A stretch of 64,000 nucleotides of DNA from Candidatus Omnitrophota bacterium (GCA_043823745.1 JBDRAN010000003.1:2958-66957); one strand, 5' to 3'; shown: positions 28,211 to 37,756, numbered from the stretch's first letter. The notes: generated by a model not told the origin, from the sequence alone. Numbers and translations: made by a program.

Positions 28211-28370
28211 GTTTGATTTTGCCCCTGCAAAATCAAACAGAGCAATTGAGCAATCGAAAATAGAACAATAGAAAAAATAAAAGCTCCATTGCGACCGAGG
28301 ACGTAATGTCCGAGGGAGTGCCGAGGCCTCCGGACGAAGCCGGTCTAATGTTCAATTGTTCGATTGTTCA
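28211..28370. repeat. Structured repeat element copy B (hairpin gtttgattttgc-ccct-gcaaaatcaaac + conserved 27-mer), immediately 3' of tRNA-Arg
   Basis: See copy A at 606-725. The hairpin stem shows compensatory substitutions. Confidence 0.6.
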
Positions 28371-28488
28371 AAACTAATATACGGCATTTATATCTGAAAA
28401 ACTCTCTGTTTATTAAAAGGCTATTGGCTTCGCTGAAAAATTCTTCTCCTGCGCTCTACGCTATGCGATACACGAATAGATAAAAAAC

Positions 28489-28517
28489 TTGACAAGAAAA
28501 TTTGCCTGGGATATAAT
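28489..28517 (+). promoter_or_regulatory. Consensus sigma-70 promoter TTGACA-N17-TATAAT
   Basis: ttgacaagaaaatttgcctgggatataat. It drives the riboswitch leader. Confidence 0.75.
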
Positions 28518-28559
28518 CCAGTTGCTCTTTAAAATTTAGAAGCAAACGTTTGCGGTGCT

Positions 28560-28720
28560 TGTAAACCTCGGCAGAGAACGCAGTTCTTTGACGGGTAAAG
28601 CTTAATAGGGAACTCCGTGAAAATCGGAGACACTCCCGGTGCTGTAAAGGAGGACGAACGGCGCAATGATGCCACTATCTCGTGTTACACGGATGGAAAG
28701 GCGCGCCTAGTAGAATGAAT
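28560..28720 (+). promoter_or_regulatory. Cobalamin (AdoCbl) riboswitch #1
   Basis: Conserved core GGGAAC..CGTGAAAATC..CCCGGTGCTGTAAAGG..GCCACT matches the B12 element consensus (B12 box GCCACT at 28671-28676). Confidence 0.8.
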
Positions 28721-28823
28721 CCTATAGTCAGAAGACCTGCCGCAAAAAAAGTAATCTATTTTTAGGTTTTACGCGGAAATAATAACCTAAATTTTTACTT
28801 TCGGGATAAGAAACCAGGGTGCA

Positions 28824-28854
28824 CCCCGACGCAAATGACGCGTCGGGGTTTTTT
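28824..28854 (+). terminator. Rho-independent terminator, probably the riboswitch expression platform
   Basis: ccccgacgc-aaatgac-gcgtcgggg + TTTTTT. Confidence 0.75.
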
Positions 28855-28855
28855 A

Positions 28856-29130
28856 ATGAGACAGCAGCTTTTTCAGAGCGAAGCGATAGAAAAACTGCGT
28901 AGTCGAATTAACCCCGTCGAACGCGCCAAAATTATCTTGCGTACAACGTACGCGTGAAAATTTTGGCGTACGCGGTGAGACGGGGTGATGAGACAGCCCC
29001 TCTGGGCGTCCCTGGAGGACAGCCCCTCTGGGCGTCCCTGGAGGACAGCCCCTCTGGGCGTCCCTGGAGGACAGCCCCTCTGGGCGTCCCTGGAGGACAG
29101 CAGCGTTTTCAGAGCGACGCGATAGAAAAT
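28856..29130 (+). repeat. Compound repeat: 4.x tandem copies of a 26-nt unit (gacagcccctctgggcgtccctggag, 28992-29101) nested between approximately 35-nt direct repeats (gagacagcagcNttttcagagcgaMgcgatagaaaa at 28856-28894 and 29095-29130)
   Basis: Period 26 nt, so non-coding. The track ORF 28954..29166 is repeat-generated. Confidence 0.85.
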
Positions 29131-29186
29131 TACCCTAAGGAAAGTTTAACCCAAATTTTTCATTAGAAAAATTTGCCCGACGGGCA

Positions 29187-29403
29187 GCCCTTTCAAAAGA
29201 AAGGGCTGGGTTAACCCCGCCCCAATTTTATTGAGCGGCGGAGCATTAAGGGAAAACATTGATTCTATTGATTAAGTTTATGTTTAAACAATAACCCCTT
29301 ATTTATAAAATCGGGGCGGCCATCCTTAATATTCATATTAAGGTAGGCAAAACCACAGCCCTTTTCCGAAGGGCTGGGTCCAGCCCATTTACAAATGGGC
29401 TGT
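29187..29403 (+). repeat. Three hairpins sharing the stem cagccc/gggctg (29187-29210, 29355-29375, 29381-29402) plus the perfect palindrome ccttaatattcatattaagg (29316-29335)
   Basis: Each hairpin was checked by reverse complementarity. Confidence 0.6.
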
Positions 29404-29552
29404 GATTTACCTGCACCTTTTTGGTGCGAACTTATTTGTTGCAATAACAACAGTGTACGCAAGTTACAAAGCTTCTGCATTTCTAATGCAAATTTTGGGT
29501 TTAAGGTTATTTGATAGGCGCCATAAAAACATTTAAAGGGGGGGTGATTGGG

Positions 29553-29669
29553 ATGGAGAAGAAACCGCGCAAGATAAAGAAAAACGTTATTGCCTGTCGT
29601 AAAAAGTGTAAAGCGACCGGCGCAGGCTTATCGCATTATGTACTCTTGGAGAAGGAGAATAAATCTTAA
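29553..29669 (+). CDS. Small ORF, 38 aa (MEKKPRKIKKNVIACRKKCKATGAGLSHYVLLEKENKS): candidate precursor/leader peptide
   Basis: Strong RBS AAAGGGGGGG sits 8 nt upstream. The stop overlaps the ATG of the downstream rSAM gene (TAATG). Not in the ORF track, which omits ORFs under 60 aa. Confidence 0.45.
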   Translation: MEKKPRKIKKNVIACRKKCKATGAGLSHYVLLEKENKS

Positions 29670-31069
29670 TGTTGCAAAAAATAATAGGTATGAAAACTCA
29701 AACCTATTTCAATACGGGCGAAGGGGATAGCATCCAACCCATAGACATCGGCCACAGAGATTATACTTGTTTAGTTTCCGCCGATACGGCATTCTGGGCG
29801 CTGGTTAGAAAAGATAGATTGGCCAGCGCCCAGGCCGGCTCGTCGCTCTTAAGCGAATATCGTAAAAAAGCGAAGACCTTCTTGGGCGGAATGAACACGT
29901 TGCGGTTTAAATTAAAACCTTCAGCCGTATATTTTAATCCTACCGACAGATGCAACCTCGATTGTTGTTATTGTTATATTCCCGCAGACTTACGTAAAAA
30001 TGGTACGCATATGTCCGCCCTAAAGCTTTCGAAAGCGCTCGGGATTCTTAAGAATTATTTTAAGCCCAGTCTTTCACGGGGCCAGAAACCTCAGATCATT
30101 TTTCATGGGGCTGAACCACTACTTAATAAACAAGCTGTTTTTACCGCAATAGACAGATATGAGAAAGATTTTCGTTTTGGCATTCAGACGAACGGAACAC
30201 TTTTGGACGGTAACGCGCTGGAATTCTTGACTTCACGAGGCATAAGCATAGGCCTTTCTCTTGATGGTCACATACATAGCGTAGCCGATCGATTGAGACG
30301 GAACTGGAATGGTGAAGGCGTTTCCCGAAAAGTCATTGAGGTGATGAGCCGGCTTAAAGGGTATCGTAATTATTCCGTTATCTGCACCGTAACACGAAAA
30401 AATATGTCCTCACAGGCCAAGATAGTCGAGTTTTTTCATCGCATGGAAGTACCAATGTGCATGCTCAATCCCGTTCGTTGCACGCTCCCCGGCGGCTATA
30501 AGCAAAAGCCATCAGACGAAAAAGCCGCGACGCATTATCTGAAAGCCTTGGATCACGCCTACAATCTCTACCAGAAGTCCAACCGTAAACTGGTGGTGGC
30601 AAACTTCGCGAATGTTCTGATAAGTATTCTCGCGCCCACAGCCAGGCGGCTTATGTGTGATATCTCCCCATGTGGGGCGGGAAGATGTTTCTTCGCAATT
30701 TCGAGCAAGGGTAACATGTTCCCCTGCAGCGAATTTATAGGAATAAAGAAGTTTAGAGGCGGCAATATTTTTAGGGATGATATCCGTGCAGTCTTAAAGA
30801 CGGCGCCGTTCAAATCTGTTACCGAAAGACGCATTGAAGATATTACTCCCTGTTCGCGCTGCGCTATCCGTCATTTTTGCGGTGCGCCATGTCCCGCTGA
30901 AGCTTGGACTATAAACGGCTCAATGGTTTCAAGAGGCGCGTTCTGCAGGTTCTACGAAGAACAGGTACGATACGCGTTTAGAGTAATCGCCGATAATAAA
31001 GAAGGCGCGTACTTATGGGATGAGTGGGATAAGGATACGCTTACGACATTCGATATTACAAGAAAATAA
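29669..31069 (+). CDS. Radical SAM enzyme with C-terminal SPASM/twitch domain and an approximately 95-aa N-terminal extension
   Basis: CNLDCCYC (CX3CX2C) at residues 97-104. C-terminal Cys-rich CDISPCGAGRCF...CSEF...CSRCAIRHFCGAPC. RBS AAGGAG. Confidence 0.8.
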   Translation: MLQKIIGMKTQTYFNTGEGDSIQPIDIGHRDYTCLVSADTAFWALVRKDRLASAQAGSSLLSEYRKKAKTFLGGMNTLRFKLKPSAVYFNPTDRCNLDCCYCYIPADLRKNGTHMSALKLSKALGILKNYFKPSLSRGQKPQIIFHGAEPLLNKQAVFTAIDRYEKDFRFGIQTNGTLLDGNALEFLTSRGISIGLSLDGHIHSVADRLRRNWNGEGVSRKVIEVMSRLKGYRNYSVICTVTRKNMSSQAKIVEFFHRMEVPMCMLNPVRCTLPGGYKQKPSDEKAATHYLKALDHAYNLYQKSNRKLVVANFANVLISILAPTARRLMCDISPCGAGRCFFAISSKGNMFPCSEFIGIKKFRGGNIFRDDIRAVLKTAPFKSVTERRIEDITPCSRCAIRHFCGAPCPAEAWTINGSMVSRGAFCRFYEEQVRYAFRVIADNKEGAYLWDEWDKDTLTTFDITRK

Positions 31070-31089
31070 CAGGGATTGAGATTATTTGT

Positions 31090-31731
31090 ATGACAAGATT
31101 AATTTTGATACGTCATGGCGTAACCGAATGGAATAGAGAGAAACGTTACTGCGGCCATAAAGATATAGGTTTAAATAACGAAGGTAAGTCTCAGGTTACG
31201 TTGTTATCTCACAGGCTTAATGCGGTCGGATTCGATAAAGTATATTGCAGCAATAGGAAACGTGCGATACAGACCGCGCGAATACTCTTTAAGCAGATAA
31301 AAATAATCCCGGATCGAGGTTTACGCGAAATCAATTTCGGTGTTCTTGAAGGATTAAAGCATGAAGAAATTATGGAAAAGTACGCAGATATATACAAGAA
31401 GTGGCTAAAGGATCCATTCAAAAACAGAATTCCTAAGGCAGAACCGATGAATGTTTTTAAAAAGAGAATCGAAAACGCCCTGTGGAATATCATCCGAGCT
31501 AATTCCGACAAGACGATTGCCGTTGTTTGCCATGGCGGAGTGATAGGCATGTTTGTGAACGAGATATTGAAGAATAGGAATTTCTGGCGCTACGTGCCAT
31601 CGCCGGCAAGCGTTACGGTAATAGAACATAAGGAAGGAAAGTCTAAATTAAAAAAGTTCAATGACACAACCCATCTTATGGCTTGCCCCGTTAGAAAGAC
31701 GGGGTTTTCTAACGGGGTAAATAATGAGTAA
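31090..31731 (+). CDS. cobC: Alpha-ribazole phosphatase (histidine phosphatase family)
   Basis: RHG catalytic motif (LIRHGVTEWN), 213 aa, in a cob context. Confidence 0.75.
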   Translation: MTRLILIRHGVTEWNREKRYCGHKDIGLNNEGKSQVTLLSHRLNAVGFDKVYCSNRKRAIQTARILFKQIKIIPDRGLREINFGVLEGLKHEEIMEKYADIYKKWLKDPFKNRIPKAEPMNVFKKRIENALWNIIRANSDKTIAVVCHGGVIGMFVNEILKNRNFWRYVPSPASVTVIEHKEGKSKLKKFNDTTHLMACPVRKTGFSNGVNNE

Positions 31732-32245
31732 AATGACTTTCATTTTAGGGGGCGCACGGAGCGGTAAGAGTCGATATGCCGCTGAAATAGCGAAAAAGCT
31801 TGGAAAGAAGACGATATTCATCGCTACAGCGGCTGCGCTGGATGATGAGATGAAAGAAAGGATACGCCTTCATAAAATTTCGAGGCCGAAGGGATGGGGC
31901 CTTATTGAGGAACCCATGGATTTAAGCGGTGTTATTGTCGGATTGAAGCCGACATACGATGTGGCAATAATCGACTGCATAGGATTGTGGGTCTGCAATC
32001 TTTTAATGGCCGACATGAAAGACGACGCGATAGAGAAAAGAATAAAGAAGCTGACAGGCAGCATTTTCAAAGCTAAAGCCGGTCTTGTCGTTATAGTATC
32101 AAATGAAGTGGGGGGAGGAATAGTTCCCGCGGATCCGCTATCGAGAAGATTCCGCGATCTGCTTGGGTTAGCGAATCAAATGATAGCGGCGAAAGCAGAA
32201 AGCGTTATTGTGATGCAGGCGGGAATACCGGTGAAAATAAAATAG
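31724..32245 (+). CDS. cobU: Bifunctional adenosylcobinamide kinase / adenosylcobinamide-phosphate guanylyltransferase
   Basis: P-loop GGARSGKS. About 170 aa, matching the CobU/CobP family. Confidence 0.85.
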   Translation: MSKMTFILGGARSGKSRYAAEIAKKLGKKTIFIATAAALDDEMKERIRLHKISRPKGWGLIEEPMDLSGVIVGLKPTYDVAIIDCIGLWVCNLLMADMKDDAIEKRIKKLTGSIFKAKAGLVVIVSNEVGGGIVPADPLSRRFRDLLGLANQMIAAKAESVIVMQAGIPVKIK

Positions 32246-32390
32246 ATAACACCCGGCCTTATCGCACCTTGGCATAAATGATTGCCAAGTACGCCCTTTC
32301 TGGGCAGGATAGGCCGGTAACGCAGAAAGCGGACACTCGCCCATCCAATTGGGCGAGGTGTGCGCACTTACTGTGCAAGGAGCTAAAATC

Positions 32391-33449
32391 ATGAAATTAT
32401 TGAACGAAACGCTTTCAAAAATTGAAAAAATAAACAATTCACTATCCAAAGAAACTCAAGGTAGGCTCGACAATCTGACCAAACCACAGGGAAGCCTCGG
32501 GAGGCTGGAGGATCTGGCCAAACAGATCGTGGAGATAACAGAAGCTAAAAATCCGAAACTAAAAAATAAGGTTATATTTATAATGGCCGGAGATCATGGT
32601 GTCGTTGAAAATAATGTGAGCGCTTTTCCCCAAGAAGTAACCTCTCAGATGGTATATAATTTTTTAAATGGCGGAGCGGGAATAAATGTGCTGGCAAAAC
32701 ACGTGGGCGCACGAGTCGTTGTCGTTGATATGGGGGTAGTATGCGAGCTTAAGAACAACCAGGCTCTTGTAATAAAAAAGGTAAATTATGGCACAAAAAA
32801 TATGGCAAAGGGCCCTGCGATGTCAAAAGACGAGGCTATCAAATCCATTGAAAATGGCATAGAAGCATTCAAGGGAGAACTGCCGAACGGAATAGATATA
32901 GTTGGGACAGGGGATATGGGTATCGGAAACACTACTCCTTCAAGCGCTGTTGTCTCTGCGATAACCGGACGGAACGTAGAAGAGGTGACGGGCAGGGGCA
33001 CCGGGATCGATGACAAAACCTTGGCCTGCAAAATTGCCGCCATCAAAGAAGCTTTGAACGTAAATAAGCCGGATCCAAAAGACGGAATAGATATCTTGTC
33101 TAAAGTGGGTGGATTCGAGATCGGTGGATTAATAGGAGTAATGCTGGCAGCCGCGGCGCATAGGATACCGGTGGTAATAGACGGATTTATTTCAGGGGCG
33201 GCTGCCTTGATAGCGTATACAATAGAGCCGAAAGCCAAAGATTACATGATAGCTGCCCATTGCTCGGTCGAGCAAGGCCATAAAGCCGCGCTCGCATTCT
33301 TAGGGCTTAAACCCGTCCTTGATTTAAACTTAAGGCTGGGAGAGGGAACCGGAGCGGCATTGGCTATAAACATAATAGAGGCCGGCACTAAAATATTAAA
33401 TGAGATGGCGACGTTTGAAAGCGCCGATGTTTCCAAAAAGGACGAATGA
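32391..33449 (+). CDS. cobT: Nicotinate-nucleotide--dimethylbenzimidazole phosphoribosyltransferase
   Basis: CobT motifs GDMGIGNTT and E...GEGTGA. RBS GGAG precedes ATG 32391. Confidence 0.85.
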   Translation: MKLLNETLSKIEKINNSLSKETQGRLDNLTKPQGSLGRLEDLAKQIVEITEAKNPKLKNKVIFIMAGDHGVVENNVSAFPQEVTSQMVYNFLNGGAGINVLAKHVGARVVVVDMGVVCELKNNQALVIKKVNYGTKNMAKGPAMSKDEAIKSIENGIEAFKGELPNGIDIVGTGDMGIGNTTPSSAVVSAITGRNVEEVTGRGTGIDDKTLACKIAAIKEALNVNKPDPKDGIDILSKVGGFEIGGLIGVMLAAAAHRIPVVIDGFISGAAALIAYTIEPKAKDYMIAAHCSVEQGHKAALAFLGLKPVLDLNLRLGEGTGAALAINIIEAGTKILNEMATFESADVSKKDE

Positions 33450-34189
33450 AAAGATTTCTAATCGCTTTACAGTTTTTAACCATCCTTCCTTTTAGTATTA
33501 AGGGAAAAATAGAAAAGGAAGATTTTGGCAGATCTCTTGTCTATTTTCCAATAGTCGGTCTTTTATTAGGTTTTTTTCTGGCGAGCATAGCTTATATTTC
33601 ATTATCTCTTCCGCCTATGGTTAGAAGCATCTTAATTCTGGTTGTATGGATGGTCATAACCGGCGGAATACATTTAGACGGGTTTGCGGATACCTGCGAC
33701 GGTTTTTACGGAATTCGCCCCAGGGAAGAGATTTTAAAAATAATGCGGGACAGCCGCATCGGAACTATGGGCGCTGCAGGCCTTGCGATGCTCCTACTCT
33801 TTAAATTCGCGATACTCTCGAGCATCCGGCCGGAAGATTTATGGAAGATTTTGGTAATAACGGTAGTATTCGCCCGATGGTCCCAGGTATTTGCCTGCTC
33901 TATGTCCGGATACGCGCGAGATGACGGCAAAGCCAAATATTTTATAGAATATGCGAAGAAGAGTCATATGTTCATAGGAGCTTTATTTATACTACTTCTC
34001 AATGGGTTTCTTATGGGTATAAAAGGCATGATCTTATTCGTTATCTTGTCAGCGGTGATATTTTTATTCATAAAATATGCGGAAAGAAAAATTGGCGGCA
34101 TGACAGGAGATACGATCGGCGCGACGAACGAAATTGCTGAGGCATCGGCGCTAATATTTAGCTTAATATTATTAAATTATAAAATATGA
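33446..34189 (+). CDS. cobS: Adenosylcobinamide-GDP ribazoletransferase (cobalamin synthase)
   Basis: Polytopic membrane protein with CobS motifs LTILP and DGFADT. Confidence 0.85.
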   Translation: MKRFLIALQFLTILPFSIKGKIEKEDFGRSLVYFPIVGLLLGFFLASIAYISLSLPPMVRSILILVVWMVITGGIHLDGFADTCDGFYGIRPREEILKIMRDSRIGTMGAAGLAMLLLFKFAILSSIRPEDLWKILVITVVFARWSQVFACSMSGYARDDGKAKYFIEYAKKSHMFIGALFILLLNGFLMGIKGMILFVILSAVIFLFIKYAERKIGGMTGDTIGATNEIAEASALIFSLILLNYKI

Positions 34190-35241
34190 TCGATAAAATT
34201 CATGGCGGAAATTGTTTAAAGCGAAACATCATTGATTTCAGCGTGAACACAAATCCATTGGGTTTACCGAAAGGATTATCCGGTATTATTTCAAAGAATA
34301 CCGATTGTGTCTTGCGTTATCCGGAACCTTCTTCAGAACGATTAAAGCGAAAATTGGCGGCATTGCATGCCGTAGGGCCGGAAAACATCGCCATAGGTAA
34401 CGGTTCCATAGAACTCATCTATCTTGTCCCCAGAGTTTTAAAAATAAAAAATGCGCTTATAATCACGCCAACATTCAGCGAATATGAATTCGCCGTCAAA
34501 TCTAACGGCTCGACGCCTGTATTTTTCAATGTTTGCGAAAAAGACGATTTTAATATTGAGTGCGGCAAGATAGCAAAACGCCTGCCGCGCCGCGGCGCCT
34601 TCTTCTTGTGCAACCCGAATAATCCGACAGGCACCATGCTGCATAGTAATGATGTCCTATTTTTGTCTCGCCTTTCCAGAAAACACAAAAGCCCTTTGAT
34701 ACTCGATGAGGCGTTCATTGAATTCACCGGAGAATCAAAAAGAACAACCATAGTGTCAGAGGCGATTAAAAACGAATTTTTAATTATTTTAAGATCGCTG
34801 ACTAAATTCTTCGCCATGCCGGGCTTAAGGCTGGGGTACGCCATAGGGCATAAAAGGATAATCGAGAAAATCGTTAAACTTCAATATCCATGGAATGTGA
34901 ATGGCCTGGCACAACGTGCGGGGGAAAAGGTCTTGGCTGATAAAGAGTATATTGATCAAACCCGACTGTTTGTCGCCAAAGAACGGCACTATCTGCTCGA
35001 AAGTTTAAATAATATAAAAGGAGTAAAGGCTTATCCATCATTAGCAAACTTCATTTTATGTAAGTTGCACAATGCATCAATCCAAAGCTCCAAAGAATTA
35101 ACCCGGCGATTGTTGTGCAACAACATCTATGTCCGCGACTGTAGCAATTTTAGGGGATTGAGTAATAAGTTTTTCAGGGTAGCGGTAAGAAAAAGAGATG
35201 ATAACGATCTGCTGGTAAATAGTATGAAAAAGGTACTTTGA
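34186..35241 (+). CDS. cobD: L-threonine-O-3-phosphate decarboxylase (class I/II aminotransferase fold)
   Basis: N-terminal IHGGN motif and a PLP-lysine region, in a cob context. Confidence 0.75.
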   Translation: MIDKIHGGNCLKRNIIDFSVNTNPLGLPKGLSGIISKNTDCVLRYPEPSSERLKRKLAALHAVGPENIAIGNGSIELIYLVPRVLKIKNALIITPTFSEYEFAVKSNGSTPVFFNVCEKDDFNIECGKIAKRLPRRGAFFLCNPNNPTGTMLHSNDVLFLSRLSRKHKSPLILDEAFIEFTGESKRTTIVSEAIKNEFLIILRSLTKFFAMPGLRLGYAIGHKRIIEKIVKLQYPWNVNGLAQRAGEKVLADKEYIDQTRLFVAKERHYLLESLNNIKGVKAYPSLANFILCKLHNASIQSSKELTRRLLCNNIYVRDCSNFRGLSNKFFRVAVRKRDDNDLLVNSMKKVL

Positions 35242-36767
35242 TGAACCACGCGAAAACACTGCATATCTGCGGGACAGGTTCAGGCGTAGGTAAGAGCGTT
35301 ATTGTGAGCGCTTTGTGCAGGATCCTTTTACAGGATGGCTACAGAGTTTGTCCGTTCAAAGCGCAGAATATGGCCCTCAATTCTTTTGTGACCAAGGAAG
35401 GCGGTGAGATAGGCAGAGCTCAAGCCTTTCAGGCCGAAGCTTGCCGTATTGAGCCACATGTTGACATGAATCCTATATTGATGAAACCTACCGCTGATAA
35501 GCATGCACAAGTGATAGTTCATGGGAAACCCGTAGGAAATATGAGCGCGCTTCGCTATGTGAGTCATAAGAAACGGTTATCTAAAGAGGTGTTTAACTCA
35601 TTCGACAGGCTTAGTAAAAAATATGAATTGATAGTAATGGAGGGCGCCGGAAGTCCTGCCGAGATAAACTTAAAGTCTCACGATATTGTTAATCTCAAAA
35701 TGGCGCGCTACGCCGCCGCGCCTGTGATTTTAGTTGGTGATATTGATAAAGGCGGTGTTTTCGCGTGGCTTGTCGGAACACTTGAGCTACTGGAAAGAGA
35801 AGAACGAAAACAGATAAAAGGGTTTATAATCAATAAATTTAGGGGAGACGCAAAGCTTTTAAAACCCGGAATAGATTTTTTGGAAAAAAGAACGGGCATA
35901 AAAGTCCTTGGAATCATTCCGTACTTTCATCCATCAGGTCGAAATAGCATAAAGATTTCAGAGGAGGATTCAGTACCTCTGGATAATTTTGAAAGTGTAG
36001 ATAGGCCCGCTCGGTGCAAACTTAATATTGATGTAATATATCTTCCGCATATATCTAATTTTACCGATTTTGACGCATTGGAGAGGGAGCCGGATGTAAA
36101 TCTACGGTATATAAAAAGCCCTGAGTCATTAAACAGGGCGGATATTATTATAATTCCTGGTACGAAGAATACGACAAGTGACCTGCGGTATCTAAAGGAA
36201 GCGGGATTCGCAGAAAAGATAAGTAGTGTTATGGGGAATGATAAAACCGCCGTCTTAATAGGAATATGCGGTGGATTTCAGATACTGGGCACAAGGATAC
36301 GTGATCAACACCGAATCGAATCCCGTCAAAAAGAAACAAACGGACTGGGAATATTGGAGATGGAAACGGTCTTCGGCAAAGATAAAGTTCTTTCGCAGGT
36401 TAAAGCAAAAGAAGCATCTTCAGGGTTAGAGGTATCAGGCTATGAGATACACCACGGTAAATCACGAAATATCAGAACTTATATGCCGGCTTTCAACATT
36501 ATAGAACGCAAAGGAAAAGTTGCCCGCGACGCTGATGGTATAGTTGCAATGACTGGCAGGATATATGGAACCTACATACATGGAATATTTGACGCGGATA
36601 CTTTCAGAAGAAATTTTTTAAACAGAATAAGATTAAAAAAAGGATGGAATGTTTTGTCTAATAAGGCCAGCTTTAATCCCGACCGTGAGCTGGATAAGTT
36701 AGCCAACCTTGTTCGGAAGAATATGGACATGAAATATCTCTATAGCGTATTAAAAAACGGAGTCTAG
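35238..36767 (+). CDS. cobQ: Cobyric acid synthase
   Basis: CobQ/CbiP N-terminal ATPase domain (GTGSGVGKS) plus a C-terminal glutamine amidotransferase domain (GICGGFQ). Confidence 0.9.
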   Translation: MMNHAKTLHICGTGSGVGKSVIVSALCRILLQDGYRVCPFKAQNMALNSFVTKEGGEIGRAQAFQAEACRIEPHVDMNPILMKPTADKHAQVIVHGKPVGNMSALRYVSHKKRLSKEVFNSFDRLSKKYELIVMEGAGSPAEINLKSHDIVNLKMARYAAAPVILVGDIDKGGVFAWLVGTLELLEREERKQIKGFIINKFRGDAKLLKPGIDFLEKRTGIKVLGIIPYFHPSGRNSIKISEEDSVPLDNFESVDRPARCKLNIDVIYLPHISNFTDFDALEREPDVNLRYIKSPESLNRADIIIIPGTKNTTSDLRYLKEAGFAEKISSVMGNDKTAVLIGICGGFQILGTRIRDQHRIESRQKETNGLGILEMETVFGKDKVLSQVKAKEASSGLEVSGYEIHHGKSRNIRTYMPAFNIIERKGKVARDADGIVAMTGRIYGTYIHGIFDADTFRRNFLNRIRLKKGWNVLSNKASFNPDRELDKLANLVRKNMDMKYLYSVLKNGV

Positions 36768-36768
36768 G

Positions 36769-37719
36769 ATGCGGATCGTTTATATTCTCGTGTCATATCT
36801 ATTAGACCTCGTATTCGGAGATCCGCCCTCATTTCCGCATCCGGTAAGGGGAATCGGCTGGGTTATCAAGAAATTAGAAGGGCCGTTCAGATATATTGTT
36901 AAAAATGAACGCATAGCCGGCGTTTTTTTCGCCTGTACGATAATAATCTTGATATGGCTCATAACTTTTACGGTAACGCAGACGGCATATTTTTTTAATA
37001 ATTATCTTGGCGCTATTATTTCGATAATCATTATTTATACTTCATTATCGGTAAAGGACCTAGGCATAGAAAGTCTGGCAGTCTTTAGTGCGTTAAAAGA
37101 CGGAAATCTGAATAAAGCGAGGACAGCTCTTTCTAAAATAGTGGGAAGGGATACGTCAAATCTGGACGAATGGGAAATAATAAGGGCTACAGTAGAGACT
37201 GTCGCCGAAAATATCGTTGATGGCATAATCTCGCCTCTATTGTATGCCTTTTTGGGCGGCGCTTCCCTCGCTATGGCATATAAAGCTATTAATACGTTGG
37301 ACTCTATGGTCGGTTATAAAAATAAGCGGTATATAAATTTTGGATGGGCGTCTGCGAAGATCGATGATATTGCTAATTTTATTCCGGCTAGGCTAGGAGT
37401 AATATTTTTGTGTCTGGCAAGTTGGATAAGCGGCCATAATCCCATCAAGGCATGGAATATTGCAATACGTGATGGAGCGAAGAATCCCAGCCCTAATAGC
37501 GGTCTTCCTGAAGCAGCTATTGCCGGCGCCCTTGGAGTTCGATTGGGGGGATTGAATTATTATAATTCGACAGCGGTTCAGAAATCATATATAGGAGATG
37601 ATATTAATTCTTTAGATAAATCACATATAAAAGAAGCCGTCAAGATTGTTTACATCACATCTGGTCTATTTGTAATTACAGGAGCGGTTTTATTCTGGTT
37701 GATATGTAAACCCCGTTAG
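36769..37719 (+). CDS. cbiB: Adenosylcobinamide-phosphate synthase
   Basis: CbiB/CobD membrane-protein motifs (HPVRGIG...). Confidence 0.85.
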   Translation: MRIVYILVSYLLDLVFGDPPSFPHPVRGIGWVIKKLEGPFRYIVKNERIAGVFFACTIIILIWLITFTVTQTAYFFNNYLGAIISIIIIYTSLSVKDLGIESLAVFSALKDGNLNKARTALSKIVGRDTSNLDEWEIIRATVETVAENIVDGIISPLLYAFLGGASLAMAYKAINTLDSMVGYKNKRYINFGWASAKIDDIANFIPARLGVIFLCLASWISGHNPIKAWNIAIRDGAKNPSPNSGLPEAAIAGALGVRLGGLNYYNSTAVQKSYIGDDINSLDKSHIKEAVKIVYITSGLFVITGAVLFWLICKPR

Positions 37720-37756
37720 AGAACTTCATTCTCTAACGGGGTAAAGGGAGACTCTC

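Noticed and set aside
28954-29166. 70-aa + strand ORF (..APLGVPGGQPLWASLEDSPSGRPW..) over the 26-nt tandem array; also considered a CRISPR array
   Set aside because: - The peptide is generated by reading a 26-nt (non-triplet) repeat in rotating frames.
- It has no RBS and is low-complexity.
- It is not CRISPR: the repeats are contiguous with no spacers and no cas genes nearby.
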